DNA of 63,915 nt, counting the filler, from Sphacelaria rigidula (lineage: Eukaryota), in NCBI GenBank assembly GCA_964200075.2. It is 6 parts of 6 records of this genome, joined end to end, with 100 filler letters (N's around TTAATTAATTAA, not from the genome) between each part and the next. Parts side by side here need not be neighbours in the genome. Positions count along the whole stretch, not along the records: positions 10,673 to 21,244 come from CAXNAA020006259.1; positions 21,345 to 31,914 come from CAXNAA020006260.1; 4 more parts are not named here. One strand, 5' to 3'. The notes under the pieces are model-generated. The model was not told the DNA's origin, made no database searches, and saw nothing but the letters and a program-made list of their open reading frames with translations. Both the position numbers and the translations under genes were made by a program. Below are positions 11,959 through 24,922 of the stretch, one piece after another. Positions within the stretch are counted from its first letter, which is position 1. Every line of letters begins with the position of its first letter.

Positions 11959-14900
11959 GTGCGTTCACGATTGCCCATAGATGCCTCGTTGATTGACATT
12001 CCCGCATCTTTGCGAAGCGGGCGCAGCACTAACCGTACCCATTCGCCCTACCCTGATGCTGCCACTGTACGTGCGGTGGAACGACAAACTGCAGATCTTC
12101 GTCGATACCTGCGATCTGTTTCAACAATCGCTCACACCCAGGCACCTTCCACCACCTCCCCTATCGCGGCCACTCCAGCTCCTGCGGCTGCAGACATCGA
12201 CACATATGCGGAAAGCACCCGTGTCACGCCCCCCGCCCCCAGCGCGGCGGCGACTGCCGCTCCCGCTGCGGCGGCCGCGGATGAAACCGCCATCACGGCC
12301 ACTGATGAGAAATCGGCCACTTCGCCGCAGGCATCTACTGCCACGGGCTCGGCTCCGGCGCCTGCCCCCGGATCTATCACGGACGACCGCCCCCTGTTGG
12401 GCGTCGAGCATTGCCCGCCGGGCCTCCTGCCCCGGCTCTGGTTGCGAGGTCCCCGCTCCGATCAGGAGCAAAGCCTCGAGGATTACCGCGCCATGCAATC
12501 GGCCACGCACCCTGCGCCACCTTCGCCCCGCCAAACGGCGGACGACGCTGCCCACCGTCTTCTTCATGACGACCTCCCGGCACGTCTCACGCGCCAACGT
12601 CGAACCGTCGACTCGGCGACCAGCCGCCAGCAGGTGGCCCAGGAGACTCTGAATGAGCGTTTCGCGGCCTTTGACAAGATGCGCAACACCATCCGGCGCG
12701 ATGAACACCGCCTGCGCCAATACACCGCGGCCACGGCCACCGCTACCTCGGCTCTCCGATCTTTGGAACAGGAGCGACACCTTCCTCTTCTGAGGACAAC
12801 GCCGACCGCGTCAGCGCCTGCGCCCACCTCTGCACATCCAAGCTCTTCGGAGAACCGTCGGCCCTCGCGCCCATACGCTGCTGCTACCGCTTCTACGGCC
12901 TCGCCTACGTGCACCCCGCCTGCACCACCGCAGGTCCCTCAGGCCTCGGCGCCCCCTGCCCTCACACCTTGACTCCGCCTACAGGGCAGCGACCGTTGTT
13001 GGCTTTCTTGGACGCTATACGCCAACTTTTAGGGAAGTATAACCGCAACAATGTTCTCCGCTCCTCTGAGCAGGCTTGGCGCTCACTAACTCTGCCCATG
13101 AATAGTGTGATCGTCTCCTTCCTTCAGCAAGGGGGACAGCTGCCGCACAACAACCCGGGAGCTCTCACCATTGAACGGATTGTCCTCTACCTTACAATTG
13201 GTACCGGGGACAGTCACCCCGCTTATGAGGCCGCCGTCGCCGTCCTCTTCGCTGCTATGCGGGCAGCCCACAACACGCTGCCGCCCAACGATGATGGGGC
13301 CTGGATCACACCCCACCCCCCTCGCCACCGTCGTGATGACGACGACTTCGACGACGACCAACCCGGTGCCGAACAGCGCCGCGGTCAGGGCACCACCCGT
13401 AACCACAAAAATGGTCGCCGCACAACCCGGGGCACCCATAAACGCTCCGGCAACCACTCTTCAAGCTCGTCTACAACCAGACATCGTCAGCACACCTTGA
13501 CGCGATCCACGCGGCCCTCACCGGCCGTCAGGCAAGTAACGCCTCCTTTAGCAGCTGCGTCTGCTCGCCTTTTAGGTCTCACGGATAGTGATAGTGACAA
13601 TTTGGCTTGCCCATTGTCTTCAAACTCGGCTCGGTCACTAGCTGCCACCGCCGCAGCCAAACAACAAGCCGCCGCTGACAAAGTCGCTTCCGATGCTCGT
13701 AGAGAAGCGTCTCGTGTCGCTGCAATCAAGCGTGAGTACTTGCAGATGGATGTAAAGAAACTCTGGCATATCAAAACCATGCCTGCTGCAGACAATGAGG
13801 ACTCTGGTCAGTTTACGTCCGCTCTCATTTCCTCAATGCGTCGAACGATGCGCAACTTCCTCGAGTTGGCCGATGCAACTGGTCAACAACGTTTCGAAGA
13901 CTCTGATTGGATTGATGGATGGCAAACACCGTTGCATAAGGCTTTGCACCGCTCAATCAGCCGTCGCTCCCCTGACGTTGTTGCTTCCTTAACGCAGATT
14001 CTCGACGCCTTCTTCGCCGCCATGGATCAAGATTGTGCCGGCGGGCAAACAGCGCCGCTATTATTTGGCAATTTGGAAAGGCGCATCATAAGTTATTTCG
14101 ATAAGTCTGATCAGGCAGGCGCCATCAAGCGCCTCAGTTCCTTCGCCGTGGCAACAGACGTACCCTTTGCTGACTACCTACGCGAATTCAAGCTTTTGGT
14201 GTCTAGCGTAACTGGTACTGGCCGACAAAAAGGCCATAGTAATGCTATGTGTCAGACGTATGTTCGCAATAGCATCTCTAAGCAGTTTCCGACGCTGATG
14301 CCGTCTCTATTTCCGGGCGCTTTGGCGCACAAAGAGGTGCCCTACGCCTCCGTAGACGCGATGTGGAATGCGTTTGTTGACCAAGAACATAATTTAACGC
14401 CTGCCATTCGTGGCACACAGTGTTCTTCTGGGTGTTCGCAGACCTTGCGTGCCGCATCCACGAGTACCTCCGGGTCTCGTGAACGCACTCAGACTTTGTC
14501 CAGAAATACTTGGACACCCAACTCTGCCCGTGGATCGGTCATGTCTGTTCGTAGCAACAAAGACCCGTTCCGTGCAAGCTTCAACGCTTGGCCTTTTTCG
14601 GTAGGCACTTTTGATGACGTTTATGTCGTTTCCACAATTGCTTTCATCACCGATGACCCACATTTGTGGACCCCCTTGCTATCGCCTTCGGCTCGCGAGG
14701 ATGATTTTCGTCGCCATGCTAACACATGCATCAACTGCAATGGTACTGGCCACAGTATGCGTGACTGCCCTGAACCTTGCATCAATACGTTTTCGCTCAT
14801 GAGCCTTGAACTTCAGAGCAACAGGCAGGCGTGGCGCCGATGGCAAAAACGCATGCGCGAGTATCGTCCACCTTCTCGCCACCATCGCCAGCCTTACCAC

Positions 14901-15098
14901 AGTCATAGCGACTCTCGCTCAAATCGCGACCGCCGCCACACCACCAACACCGTCTCAGGTAGTCGTCATAAAGATAGTTCTTTCAGCCCTTCTGAGTCTT
15001 CGCATGGTCATCACCAGCGAACGGGGCCGACTCACGACAACTCCAACCCAAATGCCAAAAGCCCTGGTTCTTTCATGAAGGATCGCAACGATTCATGA
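11959..15098 (+). pseudogene. gag: Gypsy gag-like ORF split by a frameshift near 12965
   Basis: ORFs 11959-12972 and 12909-15098; zinc knuckle CINCNGTGHSMRDC; FADYLREFKLL capsid-like segment. Confidence 0.8.
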
Positions 15099-15891
15099 CA
15101 CGCCGACGACAGCGTGAAGTCTTCGGTGCCGCCGATAGCAACATCGAAGACTCATCCAACACACACTCGGGTGACGAAACGTTCTCACCCAACACTATGT
15201 AGGAGATCTGAAGACGGCCGTTCTTCTCGACCCCCGTCTTTATCTTCATACACACAGCGTAACCGTTGTGTTGACTCACGACCCAGCTCTATGCTTGGCT
15301 CCAGAATTGGTCCTCCGGAACTAAGTATAAATCTGAGGTGTGGGAAGACCGATCGCGGACCCTTGAGGCACAGGCTTCCCTCAACGACCGCACGCACCGG
15401 TTGTAGCAGACTTCCTTCAACTGGTTCTGATGTTGATGGTTCGAAACTGACTACTTCAAACCCTTCGACTCCTACCCAGCCTGATCGTTGTCGTTTTTCG
15501 CGCCACTCTTCTTCCGCGAAACTACCCCGACATACAGTGGACAACACTCGTCCCCTTTCACATTAAGCAGTGCCCCTTGTACCGAGCTTGCCAGCGGACA
15601 GTCCACAAGTTTCGGCCAAGCATGCCTCGATGCTGACAACGTCACCTCAACTGGACGCAGTTGCAGTTTCCCAAGAGGTCTTGGAAGTTCCCAGCCATTT
15701 GTCACGGCACGAGGGGAAGCCTCGTCGTCATGCCCCTAAGGAAGCGCGAGCATTGACACGCCCCCTTCTCGTCAGCGGAAAATTCCGACCTCATTCTCCC
15801 CAAAAAGCGGCGACTTTGAGCTCGATGGCATTGCCAGGCATCCAAGAGGAATCCAAATCGGACCTTTCAGACGGTACCGCATCCTCCACCG

Positions 15892-18800
15892 ATGACCCCC
15901 GTAGCACTTCGCAGCAATCTCTATTCAATGATGATCCTTGTACTTCCAAGCCAGTCATCTACGAGATTGATCAAAATCCTGATTCACGCTGCCCTTCACG
16001 ATCGGATCAGACCCCCGCGCTGTCTACCGATACCTTCGCACCCCCCCGCGGATCACCCGCCATCCGTTTTCACGGTCAGTCCGACTAATCCTGACCAATT
16101 CACGTTATCTGAACATGGCCCTGACCTTGTAGGTGGTAAGGTGTCCGTTGATCCTGCCACCTTCACTACCCGCGTAGCATTGCACTGTGGCCCTTACGCC
16201 ACCACGCGCGCCAAGTGCGTCTCGTTGCTAGACAGCGGTAGTCCACAGACATTCATCAAAGAATCCATGTGGCATCACATGAAGCAGACTAGCTCTGCTT
16301 CCGATGTTTGCGAAATCACAACCCAACCTCGCGTTTGGGGCGGTTTCGGCGACTCCGAAACACCCTTGACGACAGGCAAATCTGTTCGTCTTAGTGTACA
16401 ATTTTTCCACAATGATACACGTTCGGCTAGTTTCGCAGTGTGCGCTTACATCGTCCCTGATTGCACCATGCATCATGCTCTCCTTCTTGGCAGAGATAGC
16501 TACATGCGGTTCGGCCAACGTACGTACCGCACCCTCCAACCATTATCGCCTCAGTCGGTGCCTCGTGGAGAACTCCAACTAGAACACTTTGGTACCCTCA
16601 ATGGTGCCTTAGCCTAGGAAAAGAATGAGCAGGCTACCGGAGCGGCTTACCATCTTCGGTACAATGGCAGTTCTGGCGTCACCCTTTCCGACGAGCCTCA
16701 ACTCTTGGAAGTTTTGCTTGTTCGCCGCAACGGCATGCCTGCCCTCACCGGTCACTACCTTGCGGAACTGCTGCCTAAAGTTGGCGCGCCCGCTGACACT
16801 GAGCATTTTGTCTCGTACGGCGAATTACTCGTGCCTCTCACAGGCCATGCTAATTTGGAACCCGGCGATGTCTTGGGCATCGCCGCGGCTCCTCTTATGC
16901 ATATTCCTCTGGAAACCTGTGTAGCCGCCCCTCCGGCGCCTCATCTCACGCCGCCGACTGATAGTTTTGTTCACTGCGTCGATGAGCCATACTTCAATCT
17001 ATCCGCCTCACCCCCGACTCGGATTTCTGCGGTGGAATCCGACCGACCTCCTGCTGAACCTCCTGATGAAGTGCTTCAACGCTATCGGTCGAGTCTCGGG
17101 AACATTTCCTGCAAATGTGGAACCAACTTCCACCCCATTTGCGTGATATCCATTTTGACCTACATGGTCCGGGCTGGGAGCCCGCCGTCATCGAAGAGAT
17201 ACAAGATGTTCTCCTGGAATACCAGGACAGATTTTCACGATCCAAGACGGATCCCGGGCATTGTAAAACATTGCCATTCGAGATCACTCTGCTACCTGGC
17301 GTTTCGCCAATCTCATCTCGACCATATCAAACGAATCCCCTCCTCACCAAAAAAGTCAATGGTATTTTGGATGCATACTTAGGAACTGGTCTGATTCAAC
17401 ACTCGTCTTCGCCATGGGCCTCACCCCTCGTGCTCGTCCCAAAACAAAGATGGCAACATACGCATCACCGTGAACTACAAACCGCTGAACCGTGTCACTG
17501 TCGTGGGAAAACTCCCCATACTTCGCATCGACGAAGTCTTCGACTCTCTCGGCGAAGGAAAACATTCAGCACTTTCGATTTGGCCTCTGGATTTTTCCAA
17601 AATACCATTCACCCCGATACCGTTCCCTTAACAGCGTTCTGTACATCTTCAGGGCTTTATGGATGGCTTCGTATGCCACAAGGCGCTGCCACCGCACCTG
17701 GCTGATTTCAACGCCTCATGCAACGCATTACGGACGGTCTCGAGCATGTTATCATGTATCTAGACGATGCTATCGCTTTTGATGCCTCCCCCAAGGCGCA
17801 TGTTCGCACTCTACGGGAATTTCTCTCCCGCTTGCGAACACACGACTTGAAATTGTCTCCATCCAAAGCTCGGCTCGGAGCCACTGAATTGGATTCTTTG
17901 GGACACTCTATCTCTCCTGCTGGATTGCACCCAGACATGGACAAGGTCAAGGCTATGACTGATATGCCCATGCCCACCAATATTTCGCGGCTTCGCTCGC
18001 TGTTGGGTGGACTTTCATATTATCGCAAATATTTGCCCAACTTGTCCAAGCGGATCCGGCCTATCACAAATTTACTGAAGAAAAACGTCCCGTTTATCTT
18101 CACTGAAGAAACGGAAGCCACCGTCCGCGAACTGCTCAAAATACTGACCGAAAAACCGGTTCTTTGTTCTCCGGATTGGGATGCGGTACAAGACGGCTTA
18201 CGTCTTTTCCGACTACACACCGATGCTAGCACAGATGGGTTCGGTGCCGTTTTGAATCAGCCTCAACTGGATGGCTCTGTCCGATATGTTTTGTACATCA
18301 GCCACGCAACCCTCCCAAATGAGGCAAGCTGGAGTGCACTCGAAGTAGAAGGCGGAGTCATAACTTGGGCTATTAAACGGCTTCGACAGTACTTGTTCCA
18401 CGTGCCTTTCCACATCTATACAGATCACGGAGCTCTTGAACAACTCGCCAAGGTTGGAGAACATAACCCCCGCGTGCAACGGTGGGTGGAGCTCTTGACT
18501 GCCTACAAGTACACTGTTAAACATCGTCCGGGCAAAACCAACGGCGATGCTGACCTTCTATCGCGATTGCCTCTGCCCCCTACAGCGGTAGATTTCAGTC
18601 ACGCTTGCCGCTTGACTGAATCTGATGAACCAGACATCTTCCCCACTCGGCGTTTTTCTACGCACATCTACGCGCTTGACCTGCAATGCCCTGAAACAGG
18701 TCTGCACATGGGGAGCCCCCGCCCTCTGCCCCCTGATACAGTTTTGGACGGCTTAGCGCCCACAGCTGCTGATTTTGCCGACTTCCGCACTTTCGGCCCT

Positions 18801-21209
18801 CGCGCGAACATCTCGGCGCCGCCACCACCAACTGTTCACCTCATTTCCGACAACACGCGCTCTCGGTCGGCAGCTCGTGCAAATTCTTCGCGTGCTGTGA
18901 TGCCACCACCGCTGCCGGCCGCTTCTAGCAATGCGTCGCCGCCGTCGCCTCGTGCCCCCACGGGCCGTACCACGCCTCCAACAACCGGCCGCGTGCCCAG
19001 TGTTGTATCAACACCGCCCGCGCCCCTTGTGCGCCCAACGCGCCGATCGCGTTCACCAGTTCGCGCTACCCCCACGCCGCCTTCTGGGAATCTCCTAGCA
19101 CCTGCGCCATTGACTCGTGATACACATGCGTCAGATCCGCTCCCGGATCAAAATTTTGACGTCGGCACCCCTGCTTCTTCACCTGTGTCACCCCCTCCTG
19201 AGCCACCATGTTTGGTTGGCTCTCCGGCTGAAGGACAACTTCGAGAATTTCTCGCTAGCTACTCTCACCGCGATTAGGCTCGCGACCAACAACAGGAACC
19301 ACTCTGTCGTGCAACAATGCGGTGCTTACGGCTTAACCGCCCCACCCCTTAGCCGGCTGAGATCCTGACTCCCGTGGGCACTCTACCCACCCCCACCGCC
19401 TCTGAAGGTCTATGGTCTGATGACTATGGCATGCATGATCATGAATACACCGCCTCCGAAGTGCTCGAGCTGGCACGCAAAGGTACTATCTTCGCGACTG
19501 ACGACGACGTCCATTTGCTTGTTCGCCGACCCAACTCCCATTTGGGCACGGCTGCCGCAGTGACAACTGCCGCTCCGGCACGTACTCGTCATGACACCCC
19601 TATCCGCATCTATGTCCCTATCATGATGCGTCCGTGGGTCATGAAGGGCTGTCACTCTGATTTGTCCTGCTACTTAGGCGTCACGCGCACATTAGCGTTC
19701 CTTGAACGCTTTTATTAATGAATTGGCATGGAAGCATCCATGCGTTTTTGGGTCCGACGATGTTTCAAATGTCAGACTCGCAAAACCTCTGGACAGACTG
19801 TGCGATGGCCAGTGATTTCCATGGAGCTTCCAAAACGCTCCTGGTCACTTGGTATCGTTTGACTGCTTCGGCCCTTTACCCCCAACTGACCGAGGCAATA
19901 CTGCTAGCGATTTCACTGCTGCCGGCACAGCGGACATTCTCGTTCATGACTACATTAAGCACTGTGGCTGCCCGAAACGGCTTCTCTCCGACAATGGTCA
20001 ACAGGTTTGCTCCGAACTCTCGGATGCTTTGTACAAGCTCCTAGGCATTCGCAAACTTGCCACGAGCGCGTATCACCCTAACGGTAACGGTGAGACTGAA
20101 CGTGTGAACCACACGATGGCTCAAATGCTCTCCATGATCGTAAACGACCGACAAAATGACTGAGACCTTCATCTTTTGCATGCCATGCTGTCTTACAACA
20201 GCTCGGTTAACGCGGCTACGGGCCTCTCGCCCAACGAGCTATATCTTGGACGCTACCCTCGTCTACCCATCACCGATTGCGAAATACATACTGTCGATGG
20301 TCACCAAGGTCTGGACCAGGATCAGCTGTCCTACCACGACCTCGCCCGCGCTCGTCAGCGCAAGGTTTTCTCTTTGGTGCGCGAACAAGACGCTATCAAC
20401 GCCTCACGCCTTGAAAGATCCAATGCCGCCCTCTACAACTTGATGCACAAACACCCTAGTTGGAAGATCGGCGATTGGGTCTGGATCTACAACAGTTTGT
20501 CCACCATCCGTAAAGGCGCTGACCGTACTGCCCAGGCAACAGTCTTGAAGACGAAACTGTCCCTCAATTGGACGGGCCCATTCAAGATTCTCATAGTCGG
20601 ACCCTCGTCGACGTCTCCTGACGGCAAGCCTGTTGGCGACAAACTCTTCTACCTCGATTTACCTCGTGACCTTCAGGGGCACGATGCTAAATCTCGCGTC
20701 TCTGTGCATTGTTGCAAGCCTTGCACGAACCCACATGACACGACGGACATGCCTCAATACCTGCCTGCAGGTCTCACTCAATACGTGCTCAACAGCTACT
20801 CAACACAATCTCCACCGTACCACGTTACCACCGATGACGTGACTGAACAACCTCTCCGCTTGGCCGTGTCCCACATTTCCGGCCACCACATCACTCGAGG
20901 CCCTGGCGGCAAAACTGCCGTTATGTACAAGATACACTGACAAGGTCTTCGGCGTGCGTCTTGGGAACGCGAGTCCGACCTTCAACTGCACCGTCGTGGT
21001 ATCCTTCTCTATTGGACACAATCCCCACAGCAACAGCTCGCTGACAACAACGGATATCGCAACATGAGACGCGGCGCCGCAGCCCGCGAACTCCACCGCG
21101 ACAAAGGACTACGTTTTGTAGCCGATGGATACGAACTGGTACCCACCAAACAATGGGACGAAAAGATTCGCGCAAAACAACAACCGCTCCCTAAAGGTGC
21201 CTACTTGTA
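15892..21209 (+). pseudogene. pol: Gypsy pol: aspartic protease, RT, RNase H, integrase, chromodomain (disrupted)
   Basis: LLDSGS; SSPWASPLVLVPK, FDLASGFFQ, RMPQG, YLDD; LHTDAS, IYTDH, DADLLSR; CFKC, LLSDNG, YHPNGNGETERVN; WTGPF; YKIH*QGL..SWERESDL. Confidence 0.93.
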
Positions 21210-21244
21210 ACAACAAATTGTGCGAATTGAGGTTTAACTCCGAG

Positions 21245-21344
21245 NNNNNNNNNNNNNNNNNNNNNNNNNNNNNNNNNNNNNNNNNNNNTTAATTAATTAA
21301 NNNNNNNNNNNNNNNNNNNNNNNNNNNNNNNNNNNNNNNNNNNN
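21245..21344. other. Artificial contig linker
   Basis: N44-TTAATTAATTAA-N44. Confidence 0.98.
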
Positions 21345-21479
21345 AACATGTCCCAGTCTATAGGCGGGTGACTCCCCTGTAGACTGGAACATGTTTTGTT
21401 TCGAACCTGTCCATGCTGTGCGAATGCTCTTCAGCTGTCCACCTAATCCGCGGACCTTACCAAATGTGGATAAGGTCCC

Positions 21480-22480
21480 AAAAAGGCCAGGTTACAGACC
21501 CCAGTGGCCACCCGTGAGTGCCTATTGCTGTGAGCGTGCAAACGCCGTGGGGCGCTGTGGAGATGTCGCCAATCACTTTCGCGGTCATGCCTGGCAACGA
21601 TGACGTGGTGTTGTTTGGCATGGCGACTATGAAGGAACTCGCGGTAGATCTGTATCCGCTGGCTTTGGAAAACTTACGCCCGCGTGCTGTACCGGTGCCG
21701 GTCGGCGTGAACAACCCTAGTTATCTTTCGGCTAGGCGGGTGATCGTCCCTGAGTGGTCGTTTCAAAGTAACAGCAAAAATGATAGAGATGAAAAGGAAG
21801 AGGAAGCTCCTGAGAGTGGAGCCGTGCAGCCTATGAGGGTGCAGCCCCAGTCACAGGCGACGGCTGCGAAGGCCCAGCCCCATTGCAGCGATGCGGTGAA
21901 GGCCGGGTGGCTAGCTTCATGCAGTGCAGTTTTGGTTGAGTTTGGGTTACTATACTGCAGTTTTCAGTTAAGCTTGGAGAGAGCGGCGATGGAAATGCCG
22001 GAAAAATTCTGCTCCCGACGGGTGAGCGAATCCAAGGTGGGGGCGCACATTCCCCCTTCTCACGAGGATATGGTGCATGGTGGGGATAAGGTGCATGGTA
22101 TTCGCCCGGAGGAGGTGATGAAATTCAATTTCCTCAGCGATGGAGCGAGTGGTCAGCTGGAAAATGGTGGGTTGGACGACGGAGATCCAAGATAATTTGG
22201 TGATCAAAGACGATGTGAGCAACTTCGTGTGGTTGGAGCCCGCGGAGTCTAGTGTGGAGGCGAAGATGGTGGAGCATTTCCTGACATGGTTCAAAGCAAA
22301 AGCGATGGGGTCGCCGGAAGTATGGGTCGGCGATACGGGATGGCATGTGAAGAATTGTGCGGTGAGAGCGTTTAATAAGGTGCTGATGAATCGTTGATTT
22401 AGGATGGTCAATTCGCCGTTGTCACATCGTAAATGTAAGCGAATGATGCGTGATATGGCTCATATGATGTCAGGTCAGGT
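21480..22480 (+). pseudogene. Highly decayed Gypsy relic (protease C-terminus and integrase core)
   Basis: VQTPWGAV..FAVMPGNDDVVLFG; LVIKDDVSNFVWLEPA...WVGDTGWHVKN. Confidence 0.7.
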
Positions 22481-23299
22481 GCTTAATGAGGATGGTGTGG
22501 TGTCCTCGAGAGCTGTTGCTATGCGGGACTGTATGGTTGTTCCCGTTTCACCTCTCGTTTCGCCTAAAAAACGATTGAAACAGGAGAAATAATCGATGCG
22601 CAAGCTTCTGTGGAGGCAGAGTGTTTTTCGCATTGGTTCTGCAGTAAGGATATTATGCTGTTTGGTGGCATGCTGAGATGCACCATGGAGGTGCTACATG
22701 TGGCTGCTAGGAGCTACCGTACGAGAGGAATTGTTGTTGCTCTATGGTGTGCAGAAGGTAGTGGTTCCAGTGCTGCTACTTCGCAGGAGCGGACTGGAAG
22801 CCTACAAAGCGGGCATCACCTGAGATGAGTGATATAGTGGTGACCTCCGCATTGAATATTGTTGAGGAGCAAGTACTTGTGAGGGTGCTTGTTGAGCATG
22901 AGGACACACATGGTGACTGGTATTTCCGAATCGTTTTCTGACTATTAAAGGTTGTTATGGTGTGCTTTTGGGTCATGTTTGTGTTGATGTTTGCGCATGA
23001 AGCATGACAGTAGAGCGGGTGTGCTCGGGTTGCGTTCGCTGGAAAATGACGGTGTACGCGTGGAGTTTGGTATGCGTGTCTTGTGCTGCTCTTAATAGCA
23101 TGCATTATGCATGGTTTGGGCAACACGGGTTGCATTGCAGGTCCTGAGTCAAATATTGCCATGCATGTACGAACTTTCGTATGCTGCGTGGGATCTTGGC
23201 ATGCATGTGTGGAATTTTCGCTCGAATGCTACTAATGTGCATGGTGTCTGATGACCGTCAGGGTGAGGCAGTTAACGAAACACTGCTGAATGATGAATG

Positions 23300-23900
23300 A
23301 AAGGAAAATTGTACTGACTGTCGTAGACGGTGACTGCTGCTGATGACGTGAAAATGGGCTGAAACTACGAAATACGTAGGCTCGTTGTCTGTGAGCAGAG
23401 ATCACACAAGTTTTCGTGTGTTGCAGGATCAAAGAAATTATGCATGTATGAAACTGATCCTTGCCCGTGGCACGTTTTTGGCCATACTGTTCAAGGCATT
23501 GCGCCAGGTGAGGGTGTTCAATTTGATTTTTGTACGTCGGAAGTAGCAAACTTGATGGGGCTAACTGCCTGATGGTTTGCTGCACGTTGTTTATCCTGGA
23601 TGATTCGTGGAATTTCGTTTGGTTGGAACCAACCGAGGCTTGCACTGCCAAGGTTACAGCTAAGTATTTGTTGCAATGGTGCAAGATTTTGGGGGTGCGG
23701 TGTGTGTGGGTTAGTTATACCGCCACGCACTTCAAGAACCAAGTACAAGAATCGCGCAGCAGATCGACGCGCTGGAGGTGCAACACCCATTTGATGTTGT
23801 GTATACCCATTGGTCGAATGGTTCTGAAGCAATGGTCATGCTATTGTTGTGGTCGATTGAGATGCGTTCGATGCTGAAGAAAGTACGTAGAAGTCTCTTC
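23300..23900 (+). pseudogene. Second decayed Gypsy integrase core fragment
   Basis: ILDDSWNFVWLEPTEACTAKVTAKYLLQWCKILGV..WVSYTATHFKN, paralogous to the fragment at 22190-22390. Confidence 0.7.
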
Positions 23901-24354
23901 GGAATATCATTTTTTCTGCGCCTGAATTTCTTACGCAGGAATTGCGTAAACTGAGGTTGACTCGGGCGCTGACAAGTGAATTAGCGTCGGAGTATGGTAT
24001 TTCTTTGTGATTTGGAGCATGCGAAATCGCCTTGGTTTTTTGTCGGTTGTCAAGCTCGTTCGTTTGTCTTGAACTCGCTTTGGGGGTGCTGTAGCCCAAA
24101 TATACCAAGGCGTAGTAAATGTAGCATCTAGGATCCTGGGAGATGGCCAGGGGACAAAGGCATCGTGCGGATGATGACCCTTGCTGTGTAGCCCATGCCT
24201 GATGGTACGGGCCACAGCTGCTTACTCCGTGAATATAACAAGTGAAAAGAAAGGACGTGTTGAGCACGAGGCCAGTGCTACTGGAGGAGTCCCTCGTGGA
24301 TAGCCCTCTTGCCCAGATCGTCTGGCAGAAGCTACAAAACGTATATTCTTCGTT

Positions 24355-24922
24355 CAACTTTGGATCGTTTTCGATGAAATTTTGACACGATGTACAGGCA
24401 ATATGTGCGAATATCGAACCCTTCTTCCCTTAGTGTTTTCTTCTTCGTGAGTTATTGGCAATTTTGTTCCCGGAAAACATCTGTCCTGAAATGTTCCGTC
24501 GCCAATGACTCACGAAGAAAATAAAAAACACACACGGGAGGAACGAAGGGGTGTTTGAACATACATCCTGTACATCATCACAAAATTTCATGGGAAACGA
24601 CTGAATATTGAGCTCGGGAAGTGTGCTACAGCTTGTGCGACACCACGCGGAACAAAACTGACTGTAACCGAAAATTCAATCTCAGTCGTTTTCTTTTGAC
24701 TAATCCCGCCGCACACAGCACCCTCAACTCTGTACACTTTCGCCCTTGACTACAGTTTGGGATTTCGTTTGATGAGACCTTGCCGGACCGCAGTGCTACA
24801 TGGATTTGAAGACGCGCGCTGATTTGCCGATTACCACGATTTGTCATAGTAGGCACGACTCGTGATACATCGTCAGTTAGAACGTGCTGAAGGAAAGTGA
24901 GCTTCTTGGGCAGTCCAGCCTG
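24355..24922 (+). mobile_element. Truncated copy of the CAGGCTGGG MITE (right end retained)
   Basis: Ends ...cagtccagcctg|TA; shares blocks with 39193-40304. Confidence 0.75.

Larger units (their letters stand above)
10700..21210 (+). mobile_element. Decayed Ty3/Gypsy LTR retrotransposon with chromodomain; 3' LTR not in contig
   Basis: Domain order gag(CCHC)-protease-RT-RNase H-integrase-chromodomain, with several stops and frameshifts. Confidence 0.95.

Noticed and set aside
12121-19655. Antisense ORFs across the Gypsy element
   Set aside because: GC-rich shadow frames of gag/pol with no motifs.
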